Below are positions 24,712-34,950 of a stretch of 64,000 nt of DNA, one piece after another. Source of the DNA: an uncultured Phycisphaerales bacterium (lineage in GTDB: Bacteria > Planctomycetota > Phycisphaerae > Sedimentisphaerales > Anaerobacaceae); NCBI GenBank assembly GCA_963718665.1, contig OY970359.1, forward strand, positions 1,152,001-1,216,000. Direction: 5' to 3'. The notes beneath the pieces are model-generated. The model made no database searches. It was not told the origin of the DNA and saw only the letters and a list, made by a program, of their open reading frames with translations. Each line of letters begins with the position of its first letter. Position 1 is the first letter of the stretch. A program made the position numbers and the translations under genes.

Positions 24712-27093
24712 ATGGCAAAGACGAAAGCAAATACAAACGGCAAGTCGCTGGTGATAGTTGAGTCGCCGGCAAAGTCGCGGACTATCAATAAATATTTAGG
24801 CAGCGGCTTTGAAGTCAAGGCATCGATGGGCCACATCCGCGATTTGCCCGCGAAGGAATTCGGCGTTGACCTGGAAAAGGACTTTGACCCCACATATACG
24901 ATTATGCAGGGCAAGTCCAAAGTTGTCTCGGCTCTCAAGGCGGCGGCAAAGGACTGCAAAGACGTTTATCTTGCGACCGATATGGACCGCGAGGGCGAGG
25001 CGATTGCCTGGCATTTGGCGCATATACTCGGATTACCCGAGGATAAAGTTTATCGAGTGATATTCAACGCGATAACAAAGACGGCGATACAGCAGGCATT
25101 TGCCAATCCCGGGCGCATTGATATCGACAAGGTTATGGCGCAGCAGGCGAGACGCATACTCGACCGCATCGTTGGCTACCAGATAAGCCCGCTTTTGTGG
25201 AAGAAGGTTGCCAGGGGATTAAGCGCGGGGCGTGTGCAGTCGGTCGCGGTAAAAATAGTTGTCACACGTGAACGCGAGATACGCAGCTTCAAGCCGGAAG
25301 AATACTGGCTGATACCTGCGATTTTCACAACTGAACTGGGAAGTCATTACGGGCAAGAGTGGCAGGATTTTATCTCAAAGGGCGAAAAACCAGACCAGGG
25401 CCCTACCGTTGACCAGCAGAATAAGTGGCTCGCAGGGCACAATGCCTTCAAGGCGGAGATTCATAAGGTTGGGGATGAAAGTTTCAAGGCGTCGAATGAC
25501 CAGCAGGCAAAAAGAATCTACGAAGCCGTAAAAGATGCCAAGTTCAAAGTCGCACAGGTTGAAAAAAAGGAATCGTCATCCCGGGCTGGGCCGCCGTTTA
25601 TCACGTCAACGCTTCAGCAGGCGGCGTCGAATCGGCTTGGGTTTTCCACGAAACGCACGATGTCGATTGCGCAGCAGTTATATGAGGGCGTTGACCTCGG
25701 CGAAGAAATGGGCCGGCTGGGCCTGATTACTTATATGAGAACCGACAGCACATACATATCGCCCGAAGCGATTAATGATGCCCGCAATTTTATTCGCAAG
25801 CGTTTCGGCGACGCCTATGTTCCCGAAAAGGCGAATATGTTCGCCGACAAGAAGAACGCCCAGGCCGCCCACGAGTCAATCAGACCTACCGACGCCGACC
25901 TTATGCCCGAGGATATGCGTGCGCTTGTCAGCGAAGAACAGTATAAGCTTTATGATTTGATATGGCGGCGGTTTGTCGCCTGCCAGATGTCCGCGGCGAA
26001 GTGGGATGTAACGAATCTTGATATCGCCGCCGATACCGCGATTGGAAGGGTCCTGTACAAAACTACGGGCAGGGCGACTATTTTCGACGGTTTTACCAAG
26101 GTCTGGTCGCCAGGCGCATCGACTGCCGGCGAGCAGCAGCTGCCCCCCGTCAAAACCGGCCAAGCCCTTGCCGCGGTGGATATCAAAGCCGACCAGCATT
26201 TCACAAAGCCGCCCGCAAGATACACCGAGGCGTCATTAGTTAAGGCGCTGGAAAAAGAAGGCATCGGCAGACCAAGCACATACGCCAGCATCATCAGCAC
26301 AATCCAGGACAGGGAATACGTCGAGCAGAGAGAAAAGAAGCTCTATGCCACGGACCTCGGCGAGGTGGTAACCGACAAGCTCGAAGAATACTTCCCCAAG
26401 GTAATGGATTTGGCGTTTACTCGCTATATGGAAGAGCAGTTGGATAAAATCGAGGAGCAGCATCTCGACTGGGTTCGAGTTTTGAATGAGTTTTACGGCC
26501 CGTTCAAGAAAAGTATGGAAACCGCTACCTCGGATATGAAACACGCAAAGGCCGAGACTACGCCGAGCCAATATGAATGTCCCAAATGCGGTTCGCCATT
26601 AGTTTATCGTTTCGGCAAAAAAGGCAAATTCCTGAGTTGTTCCAGCTATCCGGAGTGCAAGTTCGCCTGGCAATGCGACAAGGAGGGCAAAATGGTCGAG
26701 CAGAAAGTCAGCGAGCACAAATGTCCCAACTGCGGCAAGCCGTTAGTTCACAAAAACGGGCGATTCGGCCCATTCCTCGGATGCAGCGATTATCCCAACT
26801 GCAAGACGATAGTTAAGCTTGATAAGGAGGGCAATATCGCGCCGCCGAAGCCGCCTGCTGAGCCGACGGGATTAAAATGTTATAAGTGCCGGGAAGGCGA
26901 GCTTGTTATCAGGCAGAGCAAGAAAGGCCCGTTTATGGGCTGCAACAGGTTCCCTCGCTGCCGGACGATAGTCAGCATCAAGCAAAAGGAGAACCTGCTG
27001 AAGCTGCAATCGGAAGGCAAATGGCCGCCAAAAACGGCTGATGCCGCTGACGAGCTTCTCGGCAGGAAAAAGACGGCAAAAGCCGAGACATAA
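24712..27093 (+). CDS. topA: DNA topoisomerase I with C-terminal zinc ribbons
   Basis: LVIVESPAK, ATDMDREGE, SAGRVQS, LITYMRTDS, GIGRPSTY, three C4 zinc-ribbon repeats; ATG 24712. Confidence 0.97.
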   Translation: MAKTKANTNGKSLVIVESPAKSRTINKYLGSGFEVKASMGHIRDLPAKEFGVDLEKDFDPTYTIMQGKSKVVSALKAAAKDCKDVYLATDMDREGEAIAWHLAHILGLPEDKVYRVIFNAITKTAIQQAFANPGRIDIDKVMAQQARRILDRIVGYQISPLLWKKVARGLSAGRVQSVAVKIVVTREREIRSFKPEEYWLIPAIFTTELGSHYGQEWQDFISKGEKPDQGPTVDQQNKWLAGHNAFKAEIHKVGDESFKASNDQQAKRIYEAVKDAKFKVAQVEKKESSSRAGPPFITSTLQQAASNRLGFSTKRTMSIAQQLYEGVDLGEEMGRLGLITYMRTDSTYISPEAINDARNFIRKRFGDAYVPEKANMFADKKNAQAAHESIRPTDADLMPEDMRALVSEEQYKLYDLIWRRFVACQMSAAKWDVTNLDIAADTAIGRVLYKTTGRATIFDGFTKVWSPGASTAGEQQLPPVKTGQALAAVDIKADQHFTKPPARYTEASLVKALEKEGIGRPSTYASIISTIQDREYVEQREKKLYATDLGEVVTDKLEEYFPKVMDLAFTRYMEEQLDKIEEQHLDWVRVLNEFYGPFKKSMETATSDMKHAKAETTPSQYECPKCGSPLVYRFGKKGKFLSCSSYPECKFAWQCDKEGKMVEQKVSEHKCPNCGKPLVHKNGRFGPFLGCSDYPNCKTIVKLDKEGNIAPPKPPAEPTGLKCYKCREGELVIRQSKKGPFMGCNRFPRCRTIVSIKQKENLLKLQSEGKWPPKTADAADELLGRKKTAKAET

Positions 27094-27210
27094 CCGGACG
27101 AGACGGTTTAGCGGAGACACATCCAAATTGGTTGACTTTGACCGCAGCCAGTGATTTAATAGCTATATCCAAGTGATAAACCACGAGCGACGATAAAACG
27201 GGGTTATCGT

Positions 27211-28605
27211 ATGCCATACAATGTTCGTATAGTCAGCACATATCCGCCGAGGCGATGCGGGATAGCGACGTTTTCAAAAAACCTCGCTAATGCCTTGTCT
27301 AATTTTACCGGCGAGGTGGGTCATATAAGGGTCGCTGCAATAGATAACGGCAATGGGCCTTATAATATCCCGGTTGACCTTGTTATCGACCAGTATAATC
27401 CGCAGTCATGGACGGATACCGCCAAACACATAATCAAAAGGGCGCAGGAAGGCAGCAACCCCACCATAGTTTTGCTTCAGCATGAGTATGGCCTTGACCC
27501 GGACAAAGCCGGCAACGACGGGCAGGGAACAAATTATATTGAAATGGCCAAAGCGTTTACCGCAGCAAAGCTTACTACGGTTGTGTATTTGCATACGGTT
27601 CTGGATAACCCCGACGAGCATCAAAAGGCCGTCGTGCAAAACCTTGCGAAGGTTTGCGACGGTTTGATTGTTACCACCGAAAGCGCGATTGAAATACTCG
27701 AATCGGATACATACGGCATAGAGCAGGACAAAATCAAGCACATCGACCACGGGATACGAATGCACCACCCGTCGCATTACGACCGGCTGGAAATAAAGAG
27801 TGAATTAGGTCTCGAGCACCAGTTTCTCGTTACGACGCTCGGTTTGTTGTCGCCAGACAAGGGGCTTGAATACGGCATACGCGGGTTCGGCAGATTTTTA
27901 GAGGAGTCCTGCACTGATGAGCAGCGAAGAGGCATACTTTACCTTATCGCGGGCGAATGTCATCCGGATTTTGTGAGAGCCGACGGCGGCGAGCCATACA
28001 GGCGTTTTCAGGCGTCTCTGGCGGTCGCGCTGGAGCAGGCGAAGGTCAGGTGGTGCAAAGTCAAAGACCTGCGAGGAACGAACCTGGAAGATTACGACGT
28101 TGTGTTTCTCGATACTTATCTTGACGAGGGAACGCTGCTGAAAATGTATGGCGCGACCAACGTGATGGTATTGCCTTATCTGAATATGCAGCAGATATCA
28201 AGCGGCGTGCTTGCCGATACGCTTGGTTCGGGCAGAGCGGCGATTGCGACAAAATTCAGGTATGCCCGCGAGCTGATTTACTCAAACAAGCGATGCCCCG
28301 AAGGTCTTGTGATGGGCCGTTACGCTCGTGGTATCTTAGTTGACCCGGCGGAGCCGTCGGTCGAGCAGATTGCAGCCGGGCTGGATTACATTGTATTTAA
28401 TAAACAGCGCCGGCTGTTTATGGAAAAACAGGCGCACCAGCGCGGCTACCAGATGAGCTGGAACAACACCGCATGGGCACTGCTGCAATATATCGATTTC
28501 CTGCGGGAGGAACATGAGATTGTCACGGGCCGCGGGATAACGTTTTCACGGCAAAGGCCGTCGAAGTATGAACACATCAAACGTGCTTCCAGCGATGATA
28601 AATAA
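27211..28605 (+). CDS. Glycosyltransferase family 4 (mannosyltransferase-like)
   Basis: STYPPRRCGIATF, LQHEYG, GLLSPDKGLEY, LPYLNMQQISSGVL. Confidence 0.85.
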   Translation: MPYNVRIVSTYPPRRCGIATFSKNLANALSNFTGEVGHIRVAAIDNGNGPYNIPVDLVIDQYNPQSWTDTAKHIIKRAQEGSNPTIVLLQHEYGLDPDKAGNDGQGTNYIEMAKAFTAAKLTTVVYLHTVLDNPDEHQKAVVQNLAKVCDGLIVTTESAIEILESDTYGIEQDKIKHIDHGIRMHHPSHYDRLEIKSELGLEHQFLVTTLGLLSPDKGLEYGIRGFGRFLEESCTDEQRRGILYLIAGECHPDFVRADGGEPYRRFQASLAVALEQAKVRWCKVKDLRGTNLEDYDVVFLDTYLDEGTLLKMYGATNVMVLPYLNMQQISSGVLADTLGSGRAAIATKFRYARELIYSNKRCPEGLVMGRYARGILVDPAEPSVEQIAAGLDYIVFNKQRRLFMEKQAHQRGYQMSWNNTAWALLQYIDFLREEHEIVTGRGITFSRQRPSKYEHIKRASSDDK

Positions 28606-28620
28606 CAGCTTGTGGGGACA

Positions 28621-29265
28621 TTATAAAGCAACTTTTGCCTTGCCCACACGCAAGGCCGCGCCATAGAGCAAGGCCATCACAATCATAACCGCAGCTATGC
28701 CGTAGATTATCGATATTGTTCCCATCAGTGCGATGAGGTAATAGCCGGCGGCGAAGGTACCTGCGATGCTGCCAGCCGCGCCCCAGGCGTAGATGTCGCC
28801 CACGGTCCTGCCCGTGGGAAGCCCCCTTTCGAGCGCCATTTTAGCTACCACCGGACTGATTGTGCCCAGAAGCGCCGAGGGCAGCAGGAATACAACTGCG
28901 ACGTGCAGCAGTATTCTTGTCGGCCAATTAAACTGCCAAAGCCATGTCCACCCGCCCACGAGGTTGTTTAATACGATGGTGGCAATACAGGCGAAGGCGC
29001 AAATCGCGAAAAGTATGGATAGCACTTTGATGGGTTTGAATCGGTCGGCGAGTCGTCCGCCCGTATAGTTACCGATGGTGATGCCTGCCAGGACGACGCC
29101 TATGACGCTGGTCCATGTGTAAAGCGACGAGCCGAGGAACCGTGCGATTATTCGGCCCGCGACAAGCTCAATAACCATAATGCAGAAACTCGATATGAAT
29201 ACCGTCGCACAGGGGATAAACAGTGCTTTCAGGGCTGAAGAGCTTGCTTTATTAACTTCGCTCAT
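28621..29265 (-). CDS. Stand-alone membrane domain of the 'fused MFS/spermidine synthase' family
   Basis: MVIELVAGRIIARFLGSSLYTWTSVIGVVLAG..GGRLADR, VGDIYAWGAAGSIAGTF; no catalytic domain follows. Confidence 0.75.
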   Translation of the reverse strand: MSEVNKASSSALKALFIPCATVFISSFCIMVIELVAGRIIARFLGSSLYTWTSVIGVVLAGITIGNYTGGRLADRFKPIKVLSILFAICAFACIATIVLNNLVGGWTWLWQFNWPTRILLHVAVVFLLPSALLGTISPVVAKMALERGLPTGRTVGDIYAWGAAGSIAGTFAAGYYLIALMGTISIIYGIAAVMIVMALLYGAALRVGKAKVAL

Positions 29266-29361
29266 TGATAAACCTTTCAAAACCTGGGTTTCATATCTTA
29301 TCTAAAAAAGTAATCATACATTATTTGATTGTTTTTGGGAATCAATAATCATCCGGCAGGA

Positions 29362-29390
29362 TTGCATATCTCGGCCTAATGTGTTATAAG
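29362..29390 (+). promoter_or_regulatory. Sigma70 promoter candidate for the prfB operon
   Basis: TTGCAT-17 nt-(TGT)TATAAG, ending 10 nt before ATG 29401. Confidence 0.5.
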
Positions 29391-29400
29391 CACGAGAATT

Positions 29401-30556
29401 ATGGAAGTTGCGCAATTAAAAAGCAAAATAGCGGAGTTGAAGGCCCGGGTGGAAAATATCCGGGACTGGCTTTGACCTGGCTGGGAAAAGAGCGGAGTTT
29501 GCGCAACTACAGGAGAAAATGAGCAGCCCCGGCTTCTGGGACAATCAGGAAGTGGCGCAGGGGGTTGTTTCCGGGCTAAGCGCATTGAAAGCCATAATTG
29601 AGCCGGTAGAGGAAATCAGCAGGGAATCACATGATTTGACGGAACTTTTTGAATTGGCCGCTGAATCAGACCCCGATGAGCTTGCAGAACTGGAAGATGA
29701 CTTGGCGGCGATTGCAAAACGCTGTGAGCAGATAGAATTAACGGGTTTGCTCAGCGGGCCGAACGATACGAAGAATTGCTTTTTCAGTATTCACGCAGGC
29801 GCGGGCGGAACCGAAAGCTGCGACTGGGTGAGTATGCTCTTGAGGATGTACACCCGCTACTTCGACGCCAACAAATACCAGTATAGCGAGCTTGATATTA
29901 CCCCCGGCGAAGAGGCGGGGATTCGCTCGATAACGCTCCAGGTAAAGGGGCCTTTCGCGTACGGGAAATTGTCTTGCGAGGTGGGCGTGCATCGGCTTGT
30001 CCGGATAAGCCCTTTTGACGCCAATAAACGCAGGCATACCAGTTTCGCGGCTGTTGATTGTATTCCTGAATTTGATGAGGACGTGAATATAGAGATAAAG
30101 GAAGACGACCTGAAGATTGACTATTACCGCGCGGGCGGCGCGGGCGGTCAGCACGTCAACAAGACAAGCTCGGCGGTCCGGATGCTGCACAAACCAACGG
30201 GTATTGTTGTTCAGTGCCAGAACGAGCGGAGCCAGCATAAAAACCGTGCCTCGGCTATGAAGGTGCTCAAGGCAAGGTTGTATATGATTGAGCAGCAAAA
30301 ACGCGACGCCAAGATTGCAAAGCAATACGGCGCAAAGGGCGAGATTGCCTGGGGTAACCAGATTCGCAGCTATGTTTTGCAGCCATACCAATTGGTAAAA
30401 GACCATCGCACCGACTGTGAGACAGGAAAAGTTGACGCGGTGCTCGACGGCGATATCGAGGAATTTATTGAGGTGTATCTGCATCATCGAGCTAAAGGCA
30501 AACCAAACGCAAGGGCATCAAAATCAAAGGTGAAAAAAAATGAAGAGAATAATTGA
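29401..30556 (+). CDS. prfB: Peptide chain release factor 2, translated via a programmed +1 frameshift at CTT-TGA-C (29470-29476)
   Basis: 24-codon ORF MEVAQLK..RDWL ends CTT TGA C; the +1 frame continues DLAGKR.. into GAGGTES, SPF and GGQ motifs. Confidence 0.95.
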
Positions 30557-32084
30557 AGTTGAATTGAAAACCAGGTCGGCGGCATTGGCCGAATGCAAAA
30601 CTCAGATGCTTGTTTTGGGTCATTTTTCAGACGCGAAACAATTAGACGCGACAAACCGAGAGATTGACAAGCGATTGAATGGCGCGATTGAGCGGGTGAT
30701 AAAGCTCGGCGATTTCAAAGGTAAAGACAGCACAAGCACGGTGGTTTATGGCAACGGCCAAACAGGAGCAGAGCGTGTGCTTGTGGTTGGTTTGGGCGAG
30801 CAGAAACAGGCGACAATCGACACTGCCCGAAAAGCCGCGTCGATAGCGGCCAATAAAGCAGTTGGAATGAAGGTGAATACAATGGCAATCGCGCTTCACC
30901 GGGCGTTCGGCGAAAAATTCGATACGGGGCTTTTGGCACAGGCGATGGCTGAGGGGATATATTACGGGAGTTTCCGTTACGATGAATATATTACGTCTGA
31001 TGAAGACGGCAGGACAGATTTGCTAACTGTTGAGTTGGTTGACGACAATGCGGCGAAGACGAAACGGCTTGAGGAGGGGTTATTAAAAGGAGCTATTATC
31101 GGTAAGGCCCAGAGTTACGCACGAACGCTTGCGAACAGGCCCGGCAACGTGATAAATCCACTATCGCTTGCGACGGAGGCGAAAAAGCTCGCAAGAAACA
31201 CAAAAGGGCTAAGCTGCACTGTGCTCGACGAAAAGAAATTGGCTAAATTGGGTATGGGCGGGATTCTGGCGGTAGGCAGCGGGTCGAAAACGCCGCCGAG
31301 ATTGATAGTCGTGAAATACGCTCCGAAAGGCAAGGCGGGGAAATTGCCGACGGTCGCTTTTGTCGGCAAGGCGATAACGTTTGATTCGGGCGGGATAAGC
31401 ATAAAGCCAGCACAGAATATGGAGCAGATGAAGCTCGACAAGACGGGCGGCATCGCGGTGCTGGCTGCGGCAAAGGCGGCTGCGGAATTGAAACTGCCCG
31501 TGAACCTGATGGCGATAGTGCCGTCAGCGGAAAATATGCCCAGCGGTACAAGCTACAGACCAGGAGATATTGTTACGACATACTCAGGCAAAACGGTTGA
31601 GATTCAAAACACCGACGCCGAGGGAAGAATGATACTTTGCGACGCGCTGCATTACGCCGTAAAACAAAACTGCGACGTGATTATAGACGTTGCCACGCTG
31701 ACCGGCGCCTGTGTCGTTGCGCTGGGGACATTTATGGCGGGGCTGATGGGCAATGATGAGCAATTGAACAAAGACATCGATGAGGCGGCGAAGACCAGCG
31801 GCGAAAAGGTATGGCAGCTTCCCTGCGGGGACGAGTACGCAGAGGAAATGAAAAGCAAAATAGCGGACCTTAAAAACAGCGGAGGCAGATGGGGCGGCGC
31901 GTGTACCGCGGCGGCGTTTTTGAGGCAGTTCGTCGGCGACAAAAAATGGGCGCACTTAGACATCGCAGGCGTAGATTGCTTTGAAAAGCCGACGGCATCA
32001 GCGGCGGAGGGCGCAAGCGCATTCGGCGTTCGGCTGCTGACAACGTATCTTATGAATATTACAGGCGTAAAAAAAGGAAAGTGA
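30540..32084 (+). CDS. pepA: Leucyl aminopeptidase (M17)
   Basis: VGKAITFDSGGISIK, ENMPSG, NTDAEGRM, DVATLTGA, WAHLDIAG. Confidence 0.95.
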   Translation: MKRIIEVELKTRSAALAECKTQMLVLGHFSDAKQLDATNREIDKRLNGAIERVIKLGDFKGKDSTSTVVYGNGQTGAERVLVVGLGEQKQATIDTARKAASIAANKAVGMKVNTMAIALHRAFGEKFDTGLLAQAMAEGIYYGSFRYDEYITSDEDGRTDLLTVELVDDNAAKTKRLEEGLLKGAIIGKAQSYARTLANRPGNVINPLSLATEAKKLARNTKGLSCTVLDEKKLAKLGMGGILAVGSGSKTPPRLIVVKYAPKGKAGKLPTVAFVGKAITFDSGGISIKPAQNMEQMKLDKTGGIAVLAAAKAAAELKLPVNLMAIVPSAENMPSGTSYRPGDIVTTYSGKTVEIQNTDAEGRMILCDALHYAVKQNCDVIIDVATLTGACVVALGTFMAGLMGNDEQLNKDIDEAAKTSGEKVWQLPCGDEYAEEMKSKIADLKNSGGRWGGACTAAAFLRQFVGDKKWAHLDIAGVDCFEKPTASAAEGASAFGVRLLTTYLMNITGVKKGK

Positions 32085-32099
32085 TATTGGCTGATTGAT

Positions 32100-32684
32100 A
32101 TGACAAAACAAAAGAATAAAATTGATGAGGCAAGAATTGAAAAAGCGGTCAGGGAAATTCTTTCGGCGGTCGGCGAGGACCTTAACCGCGAGGGGTTGAA
32201 AGATACACCTGCCCGTGTAGCGAGAATGTATGGCGAGCTTCTGGCGGGTATGCACGATGACCCGAATACGCATATCAGCCGGGTCTTCAACGAGAATTAC
32301 GACGAAATCGTGCTTTTGCGCGACATACCTTTTTATAGTATGTGCGAGCACCATTTGATGCCTTTTATCGGTTCTGCTCACGTCGCGTACCTGCCTTCGG
32401 GCAAAATCTTAGGCGTAAGCAAGCTGGCGCGAATTGTGGATTGCTTTGCGCGTCGTTTGCAGACACAGGAACGGCTGACTTACCAGATAGCCGATTGCCT
32501 GATGAGCAATCTCAAACCGCAGGGCGTCGCGGTAGTGCTCGAAGCAGCCCATAGCTGTATGACGATTCGCGGGATAAAAAAGCCCGGCTCAGTGATGGTA
32601 ACAAGCGCAGTTCGCGGGCTTTTCAGAAAAGATCCGAGAAGCAGAAACGAAATTATGAGCTTGATACACAACGGGAACAAATAG
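32100..32684 (+). CDS. folE: GTP cyclohydrolase I
   Basis: [34 protein letters not shown]. Confidence 0.97.
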   Translation: MTKQKNKIDEARIEKAVREILSAVGEDLNREGLKDTPARVARMYGELLAGMHDDPNTHISRVFNENYDEIVLLRDIPFYSMCEHHLMPFIGSAHVAYLPSGKILGVSKLARIVDCFARRLQTQERLTYQIADCLMSNLKPQGVAVVLEAAHSCMTIRGIKKPGSVMVTSAVRGLFRKDPRSRNEIMSLIHNGNK

Positions 32685-32725
32685 CACGTGGCCGGAAAAT
32701 AAATTAAGGAATCAAACCCAAGCCT

Positions 32726-33523
32726 ATGCACAAGCTTTGCAGATACGTTCGATTTTCGATAAATCCTTTTTTGCCTGCCGACGAGGCGGGATTCAATTCG
32801 TTTGCCTCGAAGCCAGCCGGTGAGGGGCTGGCTGTATTTCTCGAACTGGGAGTCGAGCTGGAGGGCGAAGCGGATAAAGCGACCGGGCTGATTGTAAACG
32901 TCAGCGACATCGACCAAAAGGTTCGTGATTGCGCAGTTGGTGTTTTTGCGGAGAAGATAAAAGCCGACTATCGAGAGGCCCGGCATACGGGTTATGATGA
33001 GCTGGTTCGGCTTTTGAAAATTGTATGGGGAAAACTTGCCGACGGGTTTGGCTCGGCGCAATTATCGAAACTGAGTTTGAAGCTAAGCCCTTTCAAAACG
33101 CTGACAGTGGTTGATAAGGATTGTGCTATGGTCTATTACAGTGAAAAATTTGAATTCGCCGCGGCCCACAAGCTGTGGAACAAAAAATTCAGCGAAAAAG
33201 AGAATATCAAGGTCTTTGGCAGATGCGCCAATCCAGCCGGCCATGGCCACAACTACATTGTCGAGGTAACGGTCAAATACCCCGCGGGACAATCATTGAA
33301 GACCGGCGATTTTGAAAAGGTGATTGATAAGGAACTGATTAAGGCTGTTGACCACAAAAATCTTAACTCGGATTTACAGGAGTTTAAACAAATAACCCCC
33401 ACTGTCGAGAACATAGCCGTATTTGCCTGGAACAGGATTGTCGGCAAATTCGGCAAAACAACGGTATTGCACTGCGTTACCGTCTGGGAAACCGACAAAA
33501 CATATAGTTCCTACTATGGATAG
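32726..33523 (+). CDS. Two-domain 6-pyruvoyl-tetrahydropterin synthase (T-fold) protein
   Basis: C-domain FAAAHKL..CANPAGHGHNY..DHKNLN..PTVENIA..VWET; N-domain T-fold-like but lacking the His motif. Confidence 0.85.
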   Translation: MHKLCRYVRFSINPFLPADEAGFNSFASKPAGEGLAVFLELGVELEGEADKATGLIVNVSDIDQKVRDCAVGVFAEKIKADYREARHTGYDELVRLLKIVWGKLADGFGSAQLSKLSLKLSPFKTLTVVDKDCAMVYYSEKFEFAAAHKLWNKKFSEKENIKVFGRCANPAGHGHNYIVEVTVKYPAGQSLKTGDFEKVIDKELIKAVDHKNLNSDLQEFKQITPTVENIAVFAWNRIVGKFGKTTVLHCVTVWETDKTYSSYYG

Positions 33524-33724
33524 CCGACGCGTCTTGCTGTGTCGGTAGGCCCTATAAAAAGGCCGTTTTTAGCGTTGCGGGGCAAGTTTTAGTAATGAAC
33601 TTGCGATGCGTTTTTTGCGTATATTCTGCGGCTTGTATTACCCGGTTTTTGACAATTACGGCACTAAAGCTATCCCCTTGATACGCCGATACTTATGCTA
33701 TGAATCAGGGGGCAATTTTGTGTC

Positions 33725-33753
33725 TTGGCTGAAGTACTGCCAGATGCTATAAT
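33725..33753 (+). promoter_or_regulatory. Extended -10 sigma70 promoter of the polysaccharide locus
   Basis: TTGGCT-17 nt-TATAAT with TGC directly upstream of the -10 box. Confidence 0.65.
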
Positions 33754-33877
33754 TGCCTGTTTATCAGGATGTTGACGGTCTAGATTATTGAGTCCCTCGC
33801 AGGGATGCGATGGGTGTTTTTTTGCGCCATGTGGCGAGGTTTCACTATCGGTAAAGCCGGTAGCGAACACCTGACGG

Positions 33878-33902
33878 GCCTGCTCTGAGCGCAGCCGAAG
33901 GG
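33878..33902. repeat. REP-like element (GCCTGCTCTGAGCGCAGCCGAAGGG)
   Basis: Aligns with 767-791. Confidence 0.55.
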
Positions 33903-33965
33903 GACGGAGTCCAGACGGAATTCCTCGGTTTACTGTTTTATTTTGCCTGTTTTGAGTGAGGATTA

Positions 33966-34934
33966 ATGAAAGCGTTGGTTACTGGTGGAGCCGGTTTTAT
34001 AGGTTCCTATTTGGCGCAACGATTGGTCGCAGACGGCAACGAAGTGATTGTCGTCGATAACCTCAGCACGGGCAGCTTGAAGAATATCACGGCCCTTGTT
34101 GGTAAGCCGGGATTTGAATTCGTAAAGGGCGATATCCGCGATGAATCGGTAATCGAATCGGCCGTAAGAAAGTGCGACAGGATATTCCACCTAGCGGCAG
34201 CGGTCGGCGTTCAGTTGATAGCCGATAGCCCCGTGCATACCATTGAGACGAATATCGCAGGCACACAGGTCGTTCTCGAAATCGCGAATAAATACAAACG
34301 CCAGGTTTTCATCGCATCGAGTAGTGAGGTTTACGGCAAGAGCGAATCGGTGCCGTTTCGTGAAAATGACGACATAGTCCTGGGCAGCACGAGTATGCCG
34401 AGATGGGCTTACGCGTGCAGCAAGGCGGTTGACGAGTTCCTGGGTTTCGCGTTTCATCAGCAATACGGCCTCGATGTTGTTATCGGCAGGTTTTTCAACA
34501 CAATAGGCCCAAGGCAGACGGGCAGGTACGGGATGGTTGTGCCGAGGTTTATCGAATCGGCTCTCAAAAACGAACCTATACGCATATACGGCACCGGCAA
34601 ACAAAGCCGGTGTTTTTGTTATGTTGAGGACGTCGTGGACGCCGTTATCCGGCTGATGAACTGCAGTAATGCGATGGGCGAGGTGTTTAACATCGGTTCG
34701 GATGAAGAGATTACCATTGAGGCCCTTGCCGACAAGATAATTGAAATCACAGGCAGCAAAAGCAAAAAAGAATTCATCCCATACGAAATCGCATACGGCA
34801 GGCCGATTGAGGATATGATGCGCCGCGTGCCCTGCCTTGAACGCATTAAAAAAGAAATCGACTGGCAGCCCAAAACAGGTCTTAAAGAGACACTGTCGAA
34901 GGTTATCAATAATTTCAAAAAGCAAATAGATTGA
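33966..34934 (+). CDS. NAD-dependent nucleotide-sugar epimerase/dehydratase (extended SDR)
   Basis: TGGAGFIG, HLAAAVGV, SSSEVYG, YACSK, RFFNTIGPRQ; RBS GAGGA. Confidence 0.92.
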   Translation: MKALVTGGAGFIGSYLAQRLVADGNEVIVVDNLSTGSLKNITALVGKPGFEFVKGDIRDESVIESAVRKCDRIFHLAAAVGVQLIADSPVHTIETNIAGTQVVLEIANKYKRQVFIASSSEVYGKSESVPFRENDDIVLGSTSMPRWAYACSKAVDEFLGFAFHQQYGLDVVIGRFFNTIGPRQTGRYGMVVPRFIESALKNEPIRIYGTGKQSRCFCYVEDVVDAVIRLMNCSNAMGEVFNIGSDEEITIEALADKIIEITGSKSKKEFIPYEIAYGRPIEDMMRRVPCLERIKKEIDWQPKTGLKETLSKVINNFKKQID

Positions 34935-34950
34935 GCACAAAACAGAAAAG

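Noticed and set aside
29519..30556. prfB starting at ATG 29519, or being a pseudogene
   Set aside because: The upstream CTT-TGA-C site shows a programmed frameshift from ATG 29401
32100..33523. 7-deazaguanine DNA modification (dpd) system linked to the defence island
   Set aside because: No dpdA, queC or queE in the window; the PTPS motif is CX5HGH; the genes follow prfB-pepA about 9 kb from the island
33754..33965. Known riboswitch (c-di-GMP, preQ1 and similar)
   Set aside because: Consensus motifs not recognisable; kept only as an unassigned structured leader
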